The notes below the pieces were generated by a model. It was not told the origin of the DNA. It saw nothing but the letters and a program-made list of their open reading frames with translations, and did not search any database. Shown piece after piece: positions 33,301-40,800 of a stretch of 64,000 nucleotides of DNA; the stretch's first letter is position 1, and each line of letters begins with the position of its first letter. The stretch is from Bacteroidota bacterium (lineage in GTDB: Bacteria > Bacteroidota > Bacteroidia > NS11-12g > UBA9320), in assembly GCA_013359235.1 (NCBI GenBank), contig JABWCE010000009.1, positions 8,796 to 72,795 of the forward strand, given 5' to 3'. The position numbers and the translations under genes are program-made.

Positions 33301-34793
33301 GAAATGTAAGCAATGGCGGTAATTATACTGATTCAGTTGAAAATTATATTCCAATTGATATAACAGGAAACTATATTGTAATACTCAAAACTGATGATGT
33401 TAATGAAGAGTATGAACACACAAACGAAGGTAATAATACAGTTACAGGTATTACAACAATAAGTAAAGCACCTCCAGCAGACCTTATTGTTTCATATATT
33501 TCTTCTCCTGACAGTGTAATTAGTGGTAAAAATATTAATGTTACCTATAAAGTGAAAAACATTGGCAGCAATCCTGCTTCAGGGTATTTGAGAGACAATA
33601 TATATCTTTCTGTAGATAATAAGCAAGATGCCTCAGATTATAAAATAAATTCTGAATTGTATTCAATTTCGCTTGGAACAGGCTCCGAAAACACAAAAAA
33701 TCATACTTTAAATGTTAGCGGTGTTCCATTGGGTGATTATTATGTAATAGTTTCTACCGATGTAATGAATAATATAAACGAAATTAGCGATACCAACAAT
33801 TCATCGTATTCATCAAATAAACTTAATGTAAATGTTCCAATTCTTAAAATTGGTGTAAAGGAATTTGATACATTGCCTGATAATAGTAAAATTTATTACA
33901 GAATATTGATACCCGATGAATTAGAAGGAGAAACAATGCTCATTACATTAAAAGCTGATTCAATAAAGGGAAATAATGAAATGTATGTTAGATTTAACGA
34001 CATAGCAAGTTCATCGAGTTTTGATTATAAACATGGTGATCCATTTAAGGGAAATCAGGAAATTATTATCCCCGAACTAAAAAAAGGTACATATTATTTG
34101 TTAACAACTGGAAAAACTTCAGCTGGAGATACTCAAAAAATAAGTCTTTTAGCACGAATTTTACCATTTGAAATAAGAAAAGTTTCGCCTAAAAAAGGTG
34201 GAAACACTGGTGAAGTTACTGTATTAATTGAAGGTTCTAAATTTACTGATGAAACAATTTTCATGCTATTAGATACAGCTTTAGGCGGCTCTGGTATTAC
34301 TGATGGTGAAGAAGAAATGTATCAATATTCAACTTCTTCGCCATTAAATTCAAACTTTATTGATCCTACTAAAGTATATGCAACATTTAATTTAAAGGGT
34401 ATGAAAAAGAGCAAGTATCATGTAAAAGCTGTAAAAGAAATGGAAGAAACTATTCTGAAAAATTCATTTACAATAGAAGCAGGAACAAATGAAAATCTAA
34501 TTGTAACGATGGAAAGGCCCGGCAATACCAGACGCAATATGATATTGTATTGGGATATTATTTTTGCAAATTTTGGCAATACAGATATTGTAAATAAGAA
34601 GTTAAGAATTGTGAGTTCAGGTGGTGCTCCAATAGCTTTAGACCCCAACGATTTAAAAAAGGTATATAGAGAAATAGAAGTAACTGTTCAGGGCGATGAA
34701 GGTCCACCAAATAGATTGTCGCCTGGCGGATATGGAAAAGTAAGGATATATACAGAATCTTCAGGAGCATTAGGTATAACAATAATTAAATAA
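18378..34793 (+). CDS. 5471-aa secreted surface protein: 7x (Ig-like + right-handed beta-helix), FN3-like, 8x CARDB, PPC-like, IPT-like and terminal DUF11-like domain; no T9SS CTD
   Basis: Signal peptide ending VNAQ; seven PDIGADE and G.YTIGG..PDF..F..A motifs; eight (P)PDL.V CARDB starts; ends GALGITIIK without a YPNP/G.Y CTD. Confidence 0.88.
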   Translation: MKNRFYSKLSQLFATLSVLFLFSVSKVNAQTSDTKVFDYDISGGCNVCADSFKYNYYTYDSFLDATSSKKYIESIEVKLKFFSCYSGPLYLYMNGNLIATNAIGSMCSCNSCDSSTFIINSNNVIKYYNYKQKNYFMIKTNNDNNIYIDRTIIKRNFSDRFNYDAGIFSIDSPIVNTCPGSKNIKVKVFNNGKQPISSLTIDWKWNGVSQSSASISGTLDTIGGSGSNNQVVTIGSKTFTKGKIDTLKVWTKNPGGVSDSLNSNDTMNYLFYGSYSDTITVGGTSPMFTTVQAAVNALMTYGVCGPTYIKIRPGTYTEQVTINTIPGVSASNTVTFLSSTLDSSSVIISYNSTSSSNNFTVKINETKFINFYKISIRSLSTSYSRVVSFTGNVENIVFQNCYINAAIVTSTGSSRTAIYRSYNSSSEKFNNISILNSLINGGSYGIYFSNSYVNYMNGFYVRNCIFQNQYYVNIRCDYAENVDIKGNTLNKSNSSYTWGGNAIYFNNISDSMWIRDNIISHDNAGECIYISGASGSSTNRLVIANNFISGNNNNTSGNLINLDYCSYIDLVYNNTFCSYADNAYCLNISEGNNIRLFNNNFYNDNLGEVFNIISETSSCVTQSDNNNFYHEDYGLGNWYGNYIDNIDDLKVLGMDSNSVSVDPNYTSQVNLHTYNVDLKSNAKPYSGITKDIDGESRNSSTPDIGADEFKLKTLDAGIVDRIRVTPGTKCLKVVLKNFGSNTLTSAKIDWKLNGVSKTQVNWSGSLAKGDTDIVCLGNVNFLKDSLYLLKAWTSAPNSGTDSLSDNDTLLTDFYTSLSGEYTIGGTSPDFTTFTAAVDALNDYGIIDSVLFKVRNGTYTEQLDFGYIDGATRANSVIFQSESKDSTKVTLEYGSSSYYNNYVVKLDETRGLTFRKMRIKNFSSTYMRVFDVVDRSKWFTLENNIITNLDSTNTSDETALVYINYNSGSDYLFKQNVFHNGSYAININGSWAAFDNKINIKNNIFKNQGYQTIMLYNVRNIDLSGNNINENRPYFAKGIYVSYIYGKNNIYNNYIYLTGVPEIGIQLYNQSMYAGDSLNLYNNMISIGGTYPGVGIYGSNLYNTNIYYNSVLNTCTDSTSNSCAFYYDWGNIRMYNNNFVHLNNGYSLYISSAAYQKSNFNNLYTNGTKFVYWNGNSYSNLNSYKTASSNDTSSVSIDPYFTSVSNLHTSHIGLNAKAKVIGTITKDFDGDTRNTTTPDIGADEFTPFSRDASITKFITPGNIFKADSTNFEVVVTNLGLDTIKQITVSVKINNDTLPRKYVTRSFASGDTIIVKINKKYYLHKDSTYKFTAWSSLPNGSSDQKPSNDTLTKSNQKTALSGVYTIGGTSPNYNTFKAAVNDLKSRGIIDSVRFRVRMGTYTEQFRIPQISGASKRNSIIFESEDKDTTKVTLTYASSYYDTNYVVYLDGADGITFRYMTISATSPYSYNRIFNLRNNAHNNTIYKNVLIAPNTNYAADENSLIYSENSDDNNLLINNNHFKNGDYGVYLNGYAPYSYEHGLEISDNVFQNQYGYGIYLYYGDSVNIYNNYFYSDKYYYYTGLYANYLNSNIKINKNSFVIKQGKNGIYLYSTGNSFKRNLISNNALYINNNSSSCYGIRLNYFNYFDVIHNTVNLEGTNNSSSAIYGDYGGNNTFYNNNIVNSSGYSIYLTSTSTFTNLNYNNYKSSGSYLGYWAGTYCSNLTSWQTTSTKDTLSKSVNPIFYSNTNLHVKEVALNGAAKYFSIVPNDFDGQPRNTSTPDIGADEFDLPANDGGIAAIIVPKKPFPADSQWVKVVLKNYGSNAITSVSINWKFNGTTQTTKSWTGTLNSGDTVHVKLLKKFFVGGTPYSTKVWTTSPNGSTDPENTNDTTEELNQYPAMSGVYTIGGSSPDFANFNAAINAMKLGGIIDSVRFDVRDGTYNEQFRIPKIAGAENENSIIFQSQSKDSSKVILTYAPSYSNNWIVRIDSARGVTFRYMRFNSGGGSYNRIFVVYGDAQNINLHNCLLKGIYSSTSDYSALVYTNYEYSDCPNFNNFKIYKNIFLYGSFGVYSYGYSYNSRANNLNIYENKFENQYYMGLYIYYNRNLIINKNNIYHTNSYTGYTSGYGIYLYYLTEGYKITSNKIYNQEYTAISATNCNGAVGDSSLVANNFIHSRNTSSTTNAVNFYNNYYLNFYYNNIHIKNTNANSTSAYFQYLDYSNINNNNFVNIGNGWALYAYYGSIIKFNNNNYYTNGSKLLNRNGNSYANLSDWQTATSYDLNSLNVNPNYTTDTDLHTDQIDLNGKARNIKYIIDKDIDEQSRDINTPDIGADEYVPPAIDAGVTLLKSPGSTFSATTYDIIAIIKNFGTDTIKKVKVKIKINNDTLARKIVTKSIKTGDTAHVKLGQFTFHKDSTYNMYVWTFEPNDVSDQNSENDTLKLLNKQTALSGVYTIGGTTPDFTNFKAAVNALKTRGIIDSVRFRVRSGTYTEQLKIPEITGAGSRNSIIFESENKDTSSVTLMYNSVYSDTNYVVLLDGADGITFRYLIIKANSSSNYNRVISLKNGAHYNTIYKNIIEGSNTSWGSDYNALIYSGSDADNNTQIKDNHFKNGDIAIFLYGYPSQAPYTYEKGNEISGNKILNPYYRGIHLQYQDTLNISANYLYMDKYNGATGIYLDNAKTNITIYRNILELKQAYSGFNFDYFGTSFNRNLVSNNAIYIKNNSSGCNGIYFYSPQYVDLIHNSINVESSINGSKALYLYYGSYNNLFNNNFVNSGYGYSNYIYSTSNLTSNYNNLFSNSTTYFANWNGTNISNISAWKSTTSKDANSISVDPLYKAANNLHVKEMSLNAAGTYFSSVPLDFDYETRDNTHPDIGADEFQLPSNDAGVYSIIVPKKPFPADSQYVKVAIKNFGGNKIYQVNIGWTFNGVLQTPITCTDSIESGDTLHIKLAKMFFAKYTNHNVKVWTYSPNGASDGLITNDTMQVLNQQPAMSGVYTIGGASPDFATFNDAVNAMKTCGIIDSVRFDVRSGTYYEKFIIPYIAGANNENSIIFQSELKDSSKVVLMGTPSYTDNYVVRFDSTIGVTFRYLTLRTTLPLYYNRVVEMNRECKKINIHDCNLIGNYASGTDYNESVIYIYNSNTVFNSFNNIKIYRNNIINGSYGVYCNGSSNFSKGIDLKIYQNNFYNQYYMGMFLSYNRNMYLHKNIIDRNISGYYTCFGVYIQEITEGFVVTNNKISNYNYYGLFAYYSYGSSGDTSLIANNFIHASSSNSINGAYIYNCNYINFFNNNINVVSTQSSSKSAYFYSLSNASVCNNIFSMNGAGFAMYNYYGSFIRSDFNNFYTGGTYLMNYNGTSYTTLSAYKSASGLETNSFNVDPDYVSNTDLHIRATDLDGKGRNHKYLITKDIDDQNRNTATPDIGADEFDIPAANDAGILSYISPVAAFAAGSNSVYVVIKNFGSDSLKSATIKWRVNGNLQTSKSWTGKLKTGQTDTVNIGNYNFISGKDHDLKFWTTDPNGVADTTNYNDTLLKNDVFAALDGVYTVYGTLPDFADLNEAFNAIKLGGVIDTVWLKLRSGTHTVNATLNQYLGSSPNHPVIIESASGDSSDVVLTGTTVIYLSGSDYIKFKKLTFQSHYRCIEINNMSNGISFENCHFIMDDYWWYTTYGIYSGSSADDSLTVKNCKFSDGDIAIYIYGYPNSGSILEKNHIISNNSFVNQSSKSIYVSYVNSLEVTKNLISTTSSNSTFIVEFNHTQNKINFSYNKIIRYADYSSGLVFYNHVGTNTTKSLISNNFISTYGSTLTKGVELYNSQYINFYHNSLNQYGSATGTNSFSLHINGGANFDIRNNVIANTGSGYSMFYENSPSSVNSDYNDIYSSGTYIGRINTTDYSTLSNWQSATSKEANSISFNPSYVSNTDLHSNLAALDSACLYISSVTDDIDNESRNTSYPDIGADEFQSLANNLGVVSVIKPETTCGLDSTYIKLRVFNFGNQNQVNYPLKYKLSSSPTIQSVTITDTIKPGQFYEYQFAAKEAISFNTTLSIKAWTDLSAEMYRNNDSILQSFINYSTPDSVKFMSPSNGTSNIDFPFTLSWLPSTGATKYDIYIWDTATSKPPTPTVSNHSQISYQITAGLAYGKTYYWQVIAKNPICYTNGVVQLFTIRHLPDLIVDEVNGPHTAFSGTNISVSWKVKNQGLGATNKNWHDNVYLSSDTIWDITDLNLGNTQNATALNPSQSYNSSLSFTIPNGTTGNYYLIVFADKYTNLKETNDDNNTKRDTGKIKITLTPPPDLQVMSVSRPSVVFSGSTVNTTYTVKNKGTGDTRYGGWYDHIYLSTEKVKNGSSYHIGTNWRSGNLKVDSSYSVTKSVTIPNYISGKYFFVVVTDYNNNEYEYAFESNNSTGSDTIKVLLTPPPDLIVKNVELKDTVSNSENVLINYNVINDGGTSTGNNFYDALYLCPTPTFNLSISSWIGQMFHYNLASKDTSEVSSYFQMPKNINGKYYLFVLTDYYNSINEVSNEGNNTSIRDSIIIFSPDLIVTKVIVNSIDSTGSTTPIKWTVKNVGKGNDYQGLRYDSIFISPSSTWNRSNAKALGRFNYSNNLLVGDSIDRNEIVTIPDGYLGTKYFYVFTDGTNNVYEWTKENNNINVSDSMVVKLSPYPDLLPLVLSYYDSAEAGQLISLIYKVKNQGTNIANPTWKDKFYLSKDSTFNPTKVIELNSVTKSSILKIDSSYSSAIYFTLPNSIARGDYYYWVFTDAQLNVFEYTNDSNNKARSPKAFIDGYPPVDLKVNCPTIYNDTLKSGSTYSIAYSVTNIGDAETQQSSWNDGVYLSTDSILSSGDIKLKTIPTNKSLKKDSSYSISSTITIPNGTEGKYYLIVKTDVGKVITDVDTNNNKKTVCKGNGFAKLFVIELTPPPDLRFISWNVPSTAISGQKMKIKWKVENNGTGATRSGSWTDKVYLSTDYNIDGNDYGFGYVRHSGNVSNGGNYTDSVENYIPIDITGNYIVILKTDDVNEEYEHTNEGNNTVTGITTISKAPPADLIVSYISSPDSVISGKNINVTYKVKNIGSNPASGYLRDNIYLSVDNKQDASDYKINSELYSISLGTGSENTKNHTLNVSGVPLGDYYVIVSTDVMNNINEISDTNNSSYSSNKLNVNVPILKIGVKEFDTLPDNSKIYYRILIPDELEGETMLITLKADSIKGNNEMYVRFNDIASSSSFDYKHGDPFKGNQEIIIPELKKGTYYLLTTGKTSAGDTQKISLLARILPFEIRKVSPKKGGNTGEVTVLIEGSKFTDETIFMLLDTALGGSGITDGEEEMYQYSTSSPLNSNFIDPTKVYATFNLKGMKKSKYHVKAVKEMEETILKNSFTIEAGTNENLIVTMERPGNTRRNMILYWDIIFANFGNTDIVNKKLRIVSSGGAPIALDPNDLKKVYREIEVTVQGDEGPPNRLSPGGYGKVRIYTESSGALGITIIK
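18864..30243 (+). repeat. Seven intragenic repeats of about 540 aa (about 1.6 kb)
   Basis: PDIGADE codons begin at 20481, 22086, 23709, 25350, 26982, 28620, 30219 (spacings 1599-1641 nt, all multiples of 3). Confidence 0.9.
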
Positions 34794-34801
34794 GAATAGC
34801 C

Positions 34802-37800
34802 ATGAAAAAATTAATATTAAATACAGCAAAAGTAATTTCGATAGCAATGTCACTTTTTGTGACAAACATATACGCTCAACAAAACAAAGAGCTGATTTTA
34901 GAAGCAGAATACAATAACTCTAATTTGCTATTTAGTTTCAAACCGCATCCATCTTGGAGTTATACTTCACTTGAAAACTTGCCTAAAGTTTTATCTGAAA
35001 TTTATAATGTCTCAGGAAACTTCACTTTCAAAGCAATGTCAACCGATAAAGGTGAAGGCTATACTGTCACAAAGTACATGCAAACAATAAATGGTTATCC
35101 TGTTGATGGCGGCGATATAATTATAAGCAGAAAAAGTAATGGACAAATTGAACAAATTATTGGTACTTTACGTGACCCGCTGACAATTGTTCCTCCAACA
35201 ATAAGTTCTGAAAAGGCATTAGAAATTGCAAATAATACTTTGGAAATTACACCAGATGATTATTTTAAAATTGCAAATGAACCAATACGACAACCAAAAA
35301 TTAATCTTAAATATGCAGCATTAAATGGAGTAGAAAATGCAAAAGTTGTACTTTGTTATGAAATTGAAATTTTAACAAATAAACCCACAAGAGTTTTTCT
35401 ATATATAAATGCAACCAATGGAAATGTGGAGTTTTATCACAAAGCAATGCATACTGCAAATGGTACCGGAAACTCGTTATATTCTGGCAATGGGTTAGCA
35501 GTAAATACTAAAAAGATAAGTAATACTAATTACAGATTAGAAGATACAGCCCGTAAAATAAGAACAATATATTGTTATAACGATACCCTTCATAATGGTA
35601 GTTGGATAATAGCTTGGGATGCAGATAATAATTTTACTTCCACTTGGCAAAAAGCGGGTATAGATGTTCATTATGGCATTGCAAAAACCTATGACTATTT
35701 TAAAACTAAACACAACAGAACATCTTATGACAATAATGGAACATTGATTAGGAATTTTTATGCATACTTACCTGTAGATGAAGCAAGAAATGGTGTAACA
35801 GGTTACAATAATGCATTTTGGAATGGATCAGAAATGATGTATGGAACAGGTGATGGAAATCTTTTTTCAGCACTGGTATCTGTTGATATTGCAGGTCATG
35901 AATTTTCACATGCCGTAGTAGAAAAAACTGCTAATCTTCAGTATCGCAATGAATCGGGAGCTTTAAATGAATCATTTGCCGATATTTTTGGTTATTGTAT
36001 TGAAGATTTTACCGAAGGTGGAAGTAATTGGCAAATTGGTGAAGATTGTTTTTCTCCAGCAACTGCAGGTGATGCATTAAGAAACATGCAAACACCAAAA
36101 ACACCCAATACTGTTCATAATGCTTTTAAACAACCAAATTGCTACGATGGAACATATTGGACATCGCAAGTAGGTTGTGTTCCAAATGACAATAATGACC
36201 TTTGTGGAGTTCACGGAAATTCAGGCGTCGGTAATTATTGGTTCTACCTACTTACCGCAGGAAGTGGAGGAGATAAACAAAATGACAAAAATAAAACCTA
36301 CAATGTTACCGGTATTACAAGAGCAAAAAGCGAAAAAATAGTTTATCGTGCTTTATCACAGTTTATGACTGCACATTCAGACTATAAAGCAGCAAGAAAA
36401 GCAACTTTACTCGCTGCCGAAAAACTGTACGGATATAAATCAAACGAATGGAAACAAGTATGTAATGCTTGGTATGCAGTAAATGTTGGAGATAAATGTT
36501 GTGATACATTAGAAGTAAAATTTGATGTAATCAATCCAAAATGTCATGATTCGCATGATGGAGAAATTGATCTTACAATAAAAAAGAAAGGTGGAGGAAA
36601 AGAACCTGAATACTATTGGCACAAAGGCGATACTACAAGTGTAGTATTTTCACGAAGTCAAGATGTTGTGGGGTTAGATTCAGGAAATTATGTGGTTGTA
36701 ATAAAAGATACTGTTGCAAAATGCGAAATTGTAGCAGATACAAATCTTGTAGCTCCTGATAAATTAAAATTGACTGTTTCAGGCAGCGGAGTGATTTTTG
36801 GAGCATGCCAAAGATCATTTACTGTTACTTTAACTGCTAATGCAAGTGGTGGTACTGAGCCATATACTTACAATTGGCCCAATGGAATAAAAGAAATTAT
36901 TTGTAGCGGTGGTAGTGGATTTTTCAGAACTTATACTGCAACAGTAATTGATAAAAATAATTGCACAGCCGAAGCAACGGCTTGGGTTATGTACATACCA
37001 ATTACTTGTTCGTACGACCCCAATGATATTATTGGTCCGCCAAGCTATGGTGATAAAAAATGGGTTTCGGTAAATGCTACTTTACCATATAAAATTAGAT
37101 ACGAAAATGATCCCAAATTTGCAACAGGACCTGCACAAAAAGTTTCAATTACTCATCCATTGGATACAAATGTAGATTTAACTTCGTTCAGGCTTTCAAG
37201 TTTTGGTTTTTATAAATACAATTTTGATGTTCCGAGCAATTCAACTACATATTCAGACAGATTAGATTTAAGAGATTCATTTGGGATATATCTTGATGTT
37301 ACAGCCGGAGTTGATATTAATACACGTGAAGCATTTTGGATTTTTGAAAGTATTGATCCTACAACCGGGGTACCTCCGCTCGATGGAAATAAAGGTTATT
37401 TAGCCATTAATGACACTATAACGCACAAGGGCGAAGGTTATGTAAATTATACCATAAAACCAAAATCAACTGCAAAAACACTCGATAGTATTAGAGCAAA
37501 AGCTACAATAGTTTTTGATGATAATACTCCAGTGCCTACCCCACGTATTCATAATATAATTGATGCAGTAGCACCAACAAGTTATATTAAAGATGTACCC
37601 GCTGTAATTGACTCAAATATTGTTGAAATGTATATCAAAGCAAAAGATGATACACTTGGTTCGGGTGTTGGTTACTTTAATATTTTTGTTTCTGAAAACG
37701 ATGGACCTTACAATTTAGTAGCAAACAAAATACAAGATACAATTTATAAATTCAGGGGCAATTTTGGTTCATCTTACAAAGCTTATTCTATTGCATTTGA

Positions 37801-40800
37801 TAATACAGATAATGAAGAAAATGATAAAACAAGCCCTGATATTACTTTCAGTATTGCTTCAAATGAATTTTTTAAACCTATTCCATCAAATACAAGCTTA
37901 TGTTCTGGTGATACCCTTAAAATAAGATGGCAACGCTCATTTTTCAATTCAATAAAATTACAATACACAGCAGATTCCGGAGTTTCTTATACAACTTTTG
38001 CAACAAATTTAAGCGGCTCGGATACACTGTACAAATGGGTAATTCCAAGCTCAATCAGCGGAATTAAAAAATATTTTATTAGATCATTAACATCTACTGA
38101 TGTGGTTTTTGATACTTCAGATATTTTCGAATTAAAACAAGGACCAATTGTTAATTTAGGCAGAGATACCTCATTGTGCGATGGTACTTCATTTTCATTT
38201 GTACTTGATGCCGGAAGCGGATACCCTTCTTACAAATGGAACGATAGCACTACAAACCAAACCAAAACAGTGAACACCTATGGAACATACTGGGTTAAAG
38301 TTACAGCTTCAACAGGATGTAAATCTACTGATGAGTTTAAGATTATTAAAAATTTACTACCTGTTGTTTCGTCAAAATCTACCTCAAATCCAATGTGTTT
38401 TGGAGATTACAACGGAAGCATAGATATTACTGTAGTTTCTGGAACCGCACCATACAAGTACAAATGGAACAATAATGATTCAACTCAAGATTTATCTTCA
38501 ATTGCCGCAGGTACTTACATCGTAACAATTACCGATGTTAAAACATGCTCAATCAAAGATACTACCTTATTGACCCAGCCTGCAAAACTTACAATAAGCC
38601 ATGTTATATCAAATGTAAAATGTTTTGGTGGAAGTGATGGCTCAGTTGATATTACAGTTACAGGAGGTACAGCACCATATACTTATGTTTGGAGCAATTC
38701 TGCAACAACTCAGGATTTATCAGGTTTGGCAATTGGTAAATATTACCTGCAGGTGATAGATGACCACGGCTGTTTTGCTTATGATACAATTGAAATTACT
38801 CAACCTCCAAAACTTGCAAAATCTCATACTCTTACTCATGTTAAATGTTTTGGGCAAAGTACAGGTGCATTTGATGTTACAATCACCGGAGGAGTTACAC
38901 CATACAGTTATAGTTGGAGCAATTCATCAACAAATGAAGACTTGACAAATGTCCCAGCCGGAACGTATTATTTAACAGTAACCGATGCAAATTTGTGTAT
39001 TATTAAAGATACCGGTACAATTACACAACCATCAGCACCATTGGCAAGTACAAAAACTCAAGTTGATGTGAAATGTTACGGTGATGCAACCGGTTCTATT
39101 GATTTGACAGTAACAGGCGGAACGCCCGGTTATACTTATTCATGGACAGCAAGCGGTGGAGGAAGTGTTCCTTCAGGTCAATCAATCAATCAGGATTTGA
39201 CAGGTTTGATAGCAGGAACATATTCTGTTACTATTACCGATGCCAATAGTTGTACTTTAAATAATAGTGCAACAATTACCCAACCTGCTGCACCTTTAGC
39301 AAGTTCAAATACAAAAGTAGATGTGAAATGTTTTGGAGATGCAACAGGCTCTATTGATTTAACAGTTACCGGTGGAACAACAAGCTATTCATATTCATGG
39401 ACAGCAAGCGGCGGCGGAAGTGTTCCTACAGGACAATCAACCAATCAAGATTTAACAGGTTTGATAGCCGGAACGTATTCTGTTACAATTACCGATGCAA
39501 ATAATTGTATAAACACAAGAAGTGTTACAATAAGTCAACCAACATTGCTTACAAGTTCAGGAACTCAAGTAAATGTAAAATGCTATGGCGATGCAACCGG
39601 TTCTATTGATTTATCAGTAACAGGCGGAACTCCAGTCTATACTTATTCATGGACAGCAAGTGGTGGAGGAAGTGTACCTTCAGGTCAATCAACAAATCAA
39701 GATTTATCTGGTTTAATAGCCGGAACATATTCTGTTACAATTACTGATGCCTATAATTGTATAAAAACCAACAGTTTTACAATTACACAACCTTCAGCAC
39801 CATTAGCAAGTACTAAAACACAGATAAATGTAAAATGCTATGGTGATGCAACCGGTTCTATTGATTTGACAGTAACAGGCGGAACGCCCGGTTATACTTA
39901 TTCATGGACAGCAAGTGGTGGAGGAAGTGTTCCTTCTGGTCAATCAACCAATCAGGATTTGACGGGTTTAATAGCAGGAACATATTCTGTTACTATTACC
40001 GATGCCAATAGTTGTACAACAAATAATAGTGCAACAATTACCCAACCTTCAGCACCACTATCAAGCAGTTTGACACAAGTAAATGTAAAATGCTATGGTG
40101 ATGCAACAGGTTCAATTGACTTAACGGTTACCGGTGGAACAACTGGATATACATATTCTTGGACAGCCAGCGGAGGCGGAAGTGTACCAAGCGGACAATC
40201 AACCAATCAAGATTTAACAGGTTTGATAGCCGGAACATATTCTGTTACAATTACCGATGCAAATAATTGTACAAATACAAAGAGTACAACAATTACTCAA
40301 CCTTCGGCACCAATAACACCTTCTTATACTCAAGTAAATGTTAAATGTTACAGCAATTCAACCGGTTCTATTGATTTAACAGTAACAGGCGGAACTCCAG
40401 GTTACACATATTCATGGACAGCAAGCGGTGGAGGTAGCGTACCTTCGGGTCAATCAACCAATCAGGATTTAACAGGTCTTGTTGCCGGAACTTATACAGT
40501 TTTGATAACAGATGCAAATAATTGTACTAAGACAGTAAACGTTACTATTACCCAACCATCGGCTGCTCTTTCAAGCAGTTTGACTAAGGTTGATGTGAAA
40601 TGTTATGGTGATGCAACCGGTTCTATTGATTTAACAGTAACAGGCGGTACTACAGCCTACTCTTATTCATGGACAGCAAGCGGAGGTGGAAGTGTACCTT
40701 CGGGTCAATCAACCAATCAGGATTTGACAGGTTTGATAGCTGGAACTTATTCAGTAACTATTACTGATGCCAACAGTTGTACAACAACTAACAGTTCTAC

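Noticed and set aside
34780-34810. Giant genes A and B being one gene broken by a sequencing error
   Set aside because: B begins with its own signal peptide and protease propeptide after a clean stop and an 8-nt spacer
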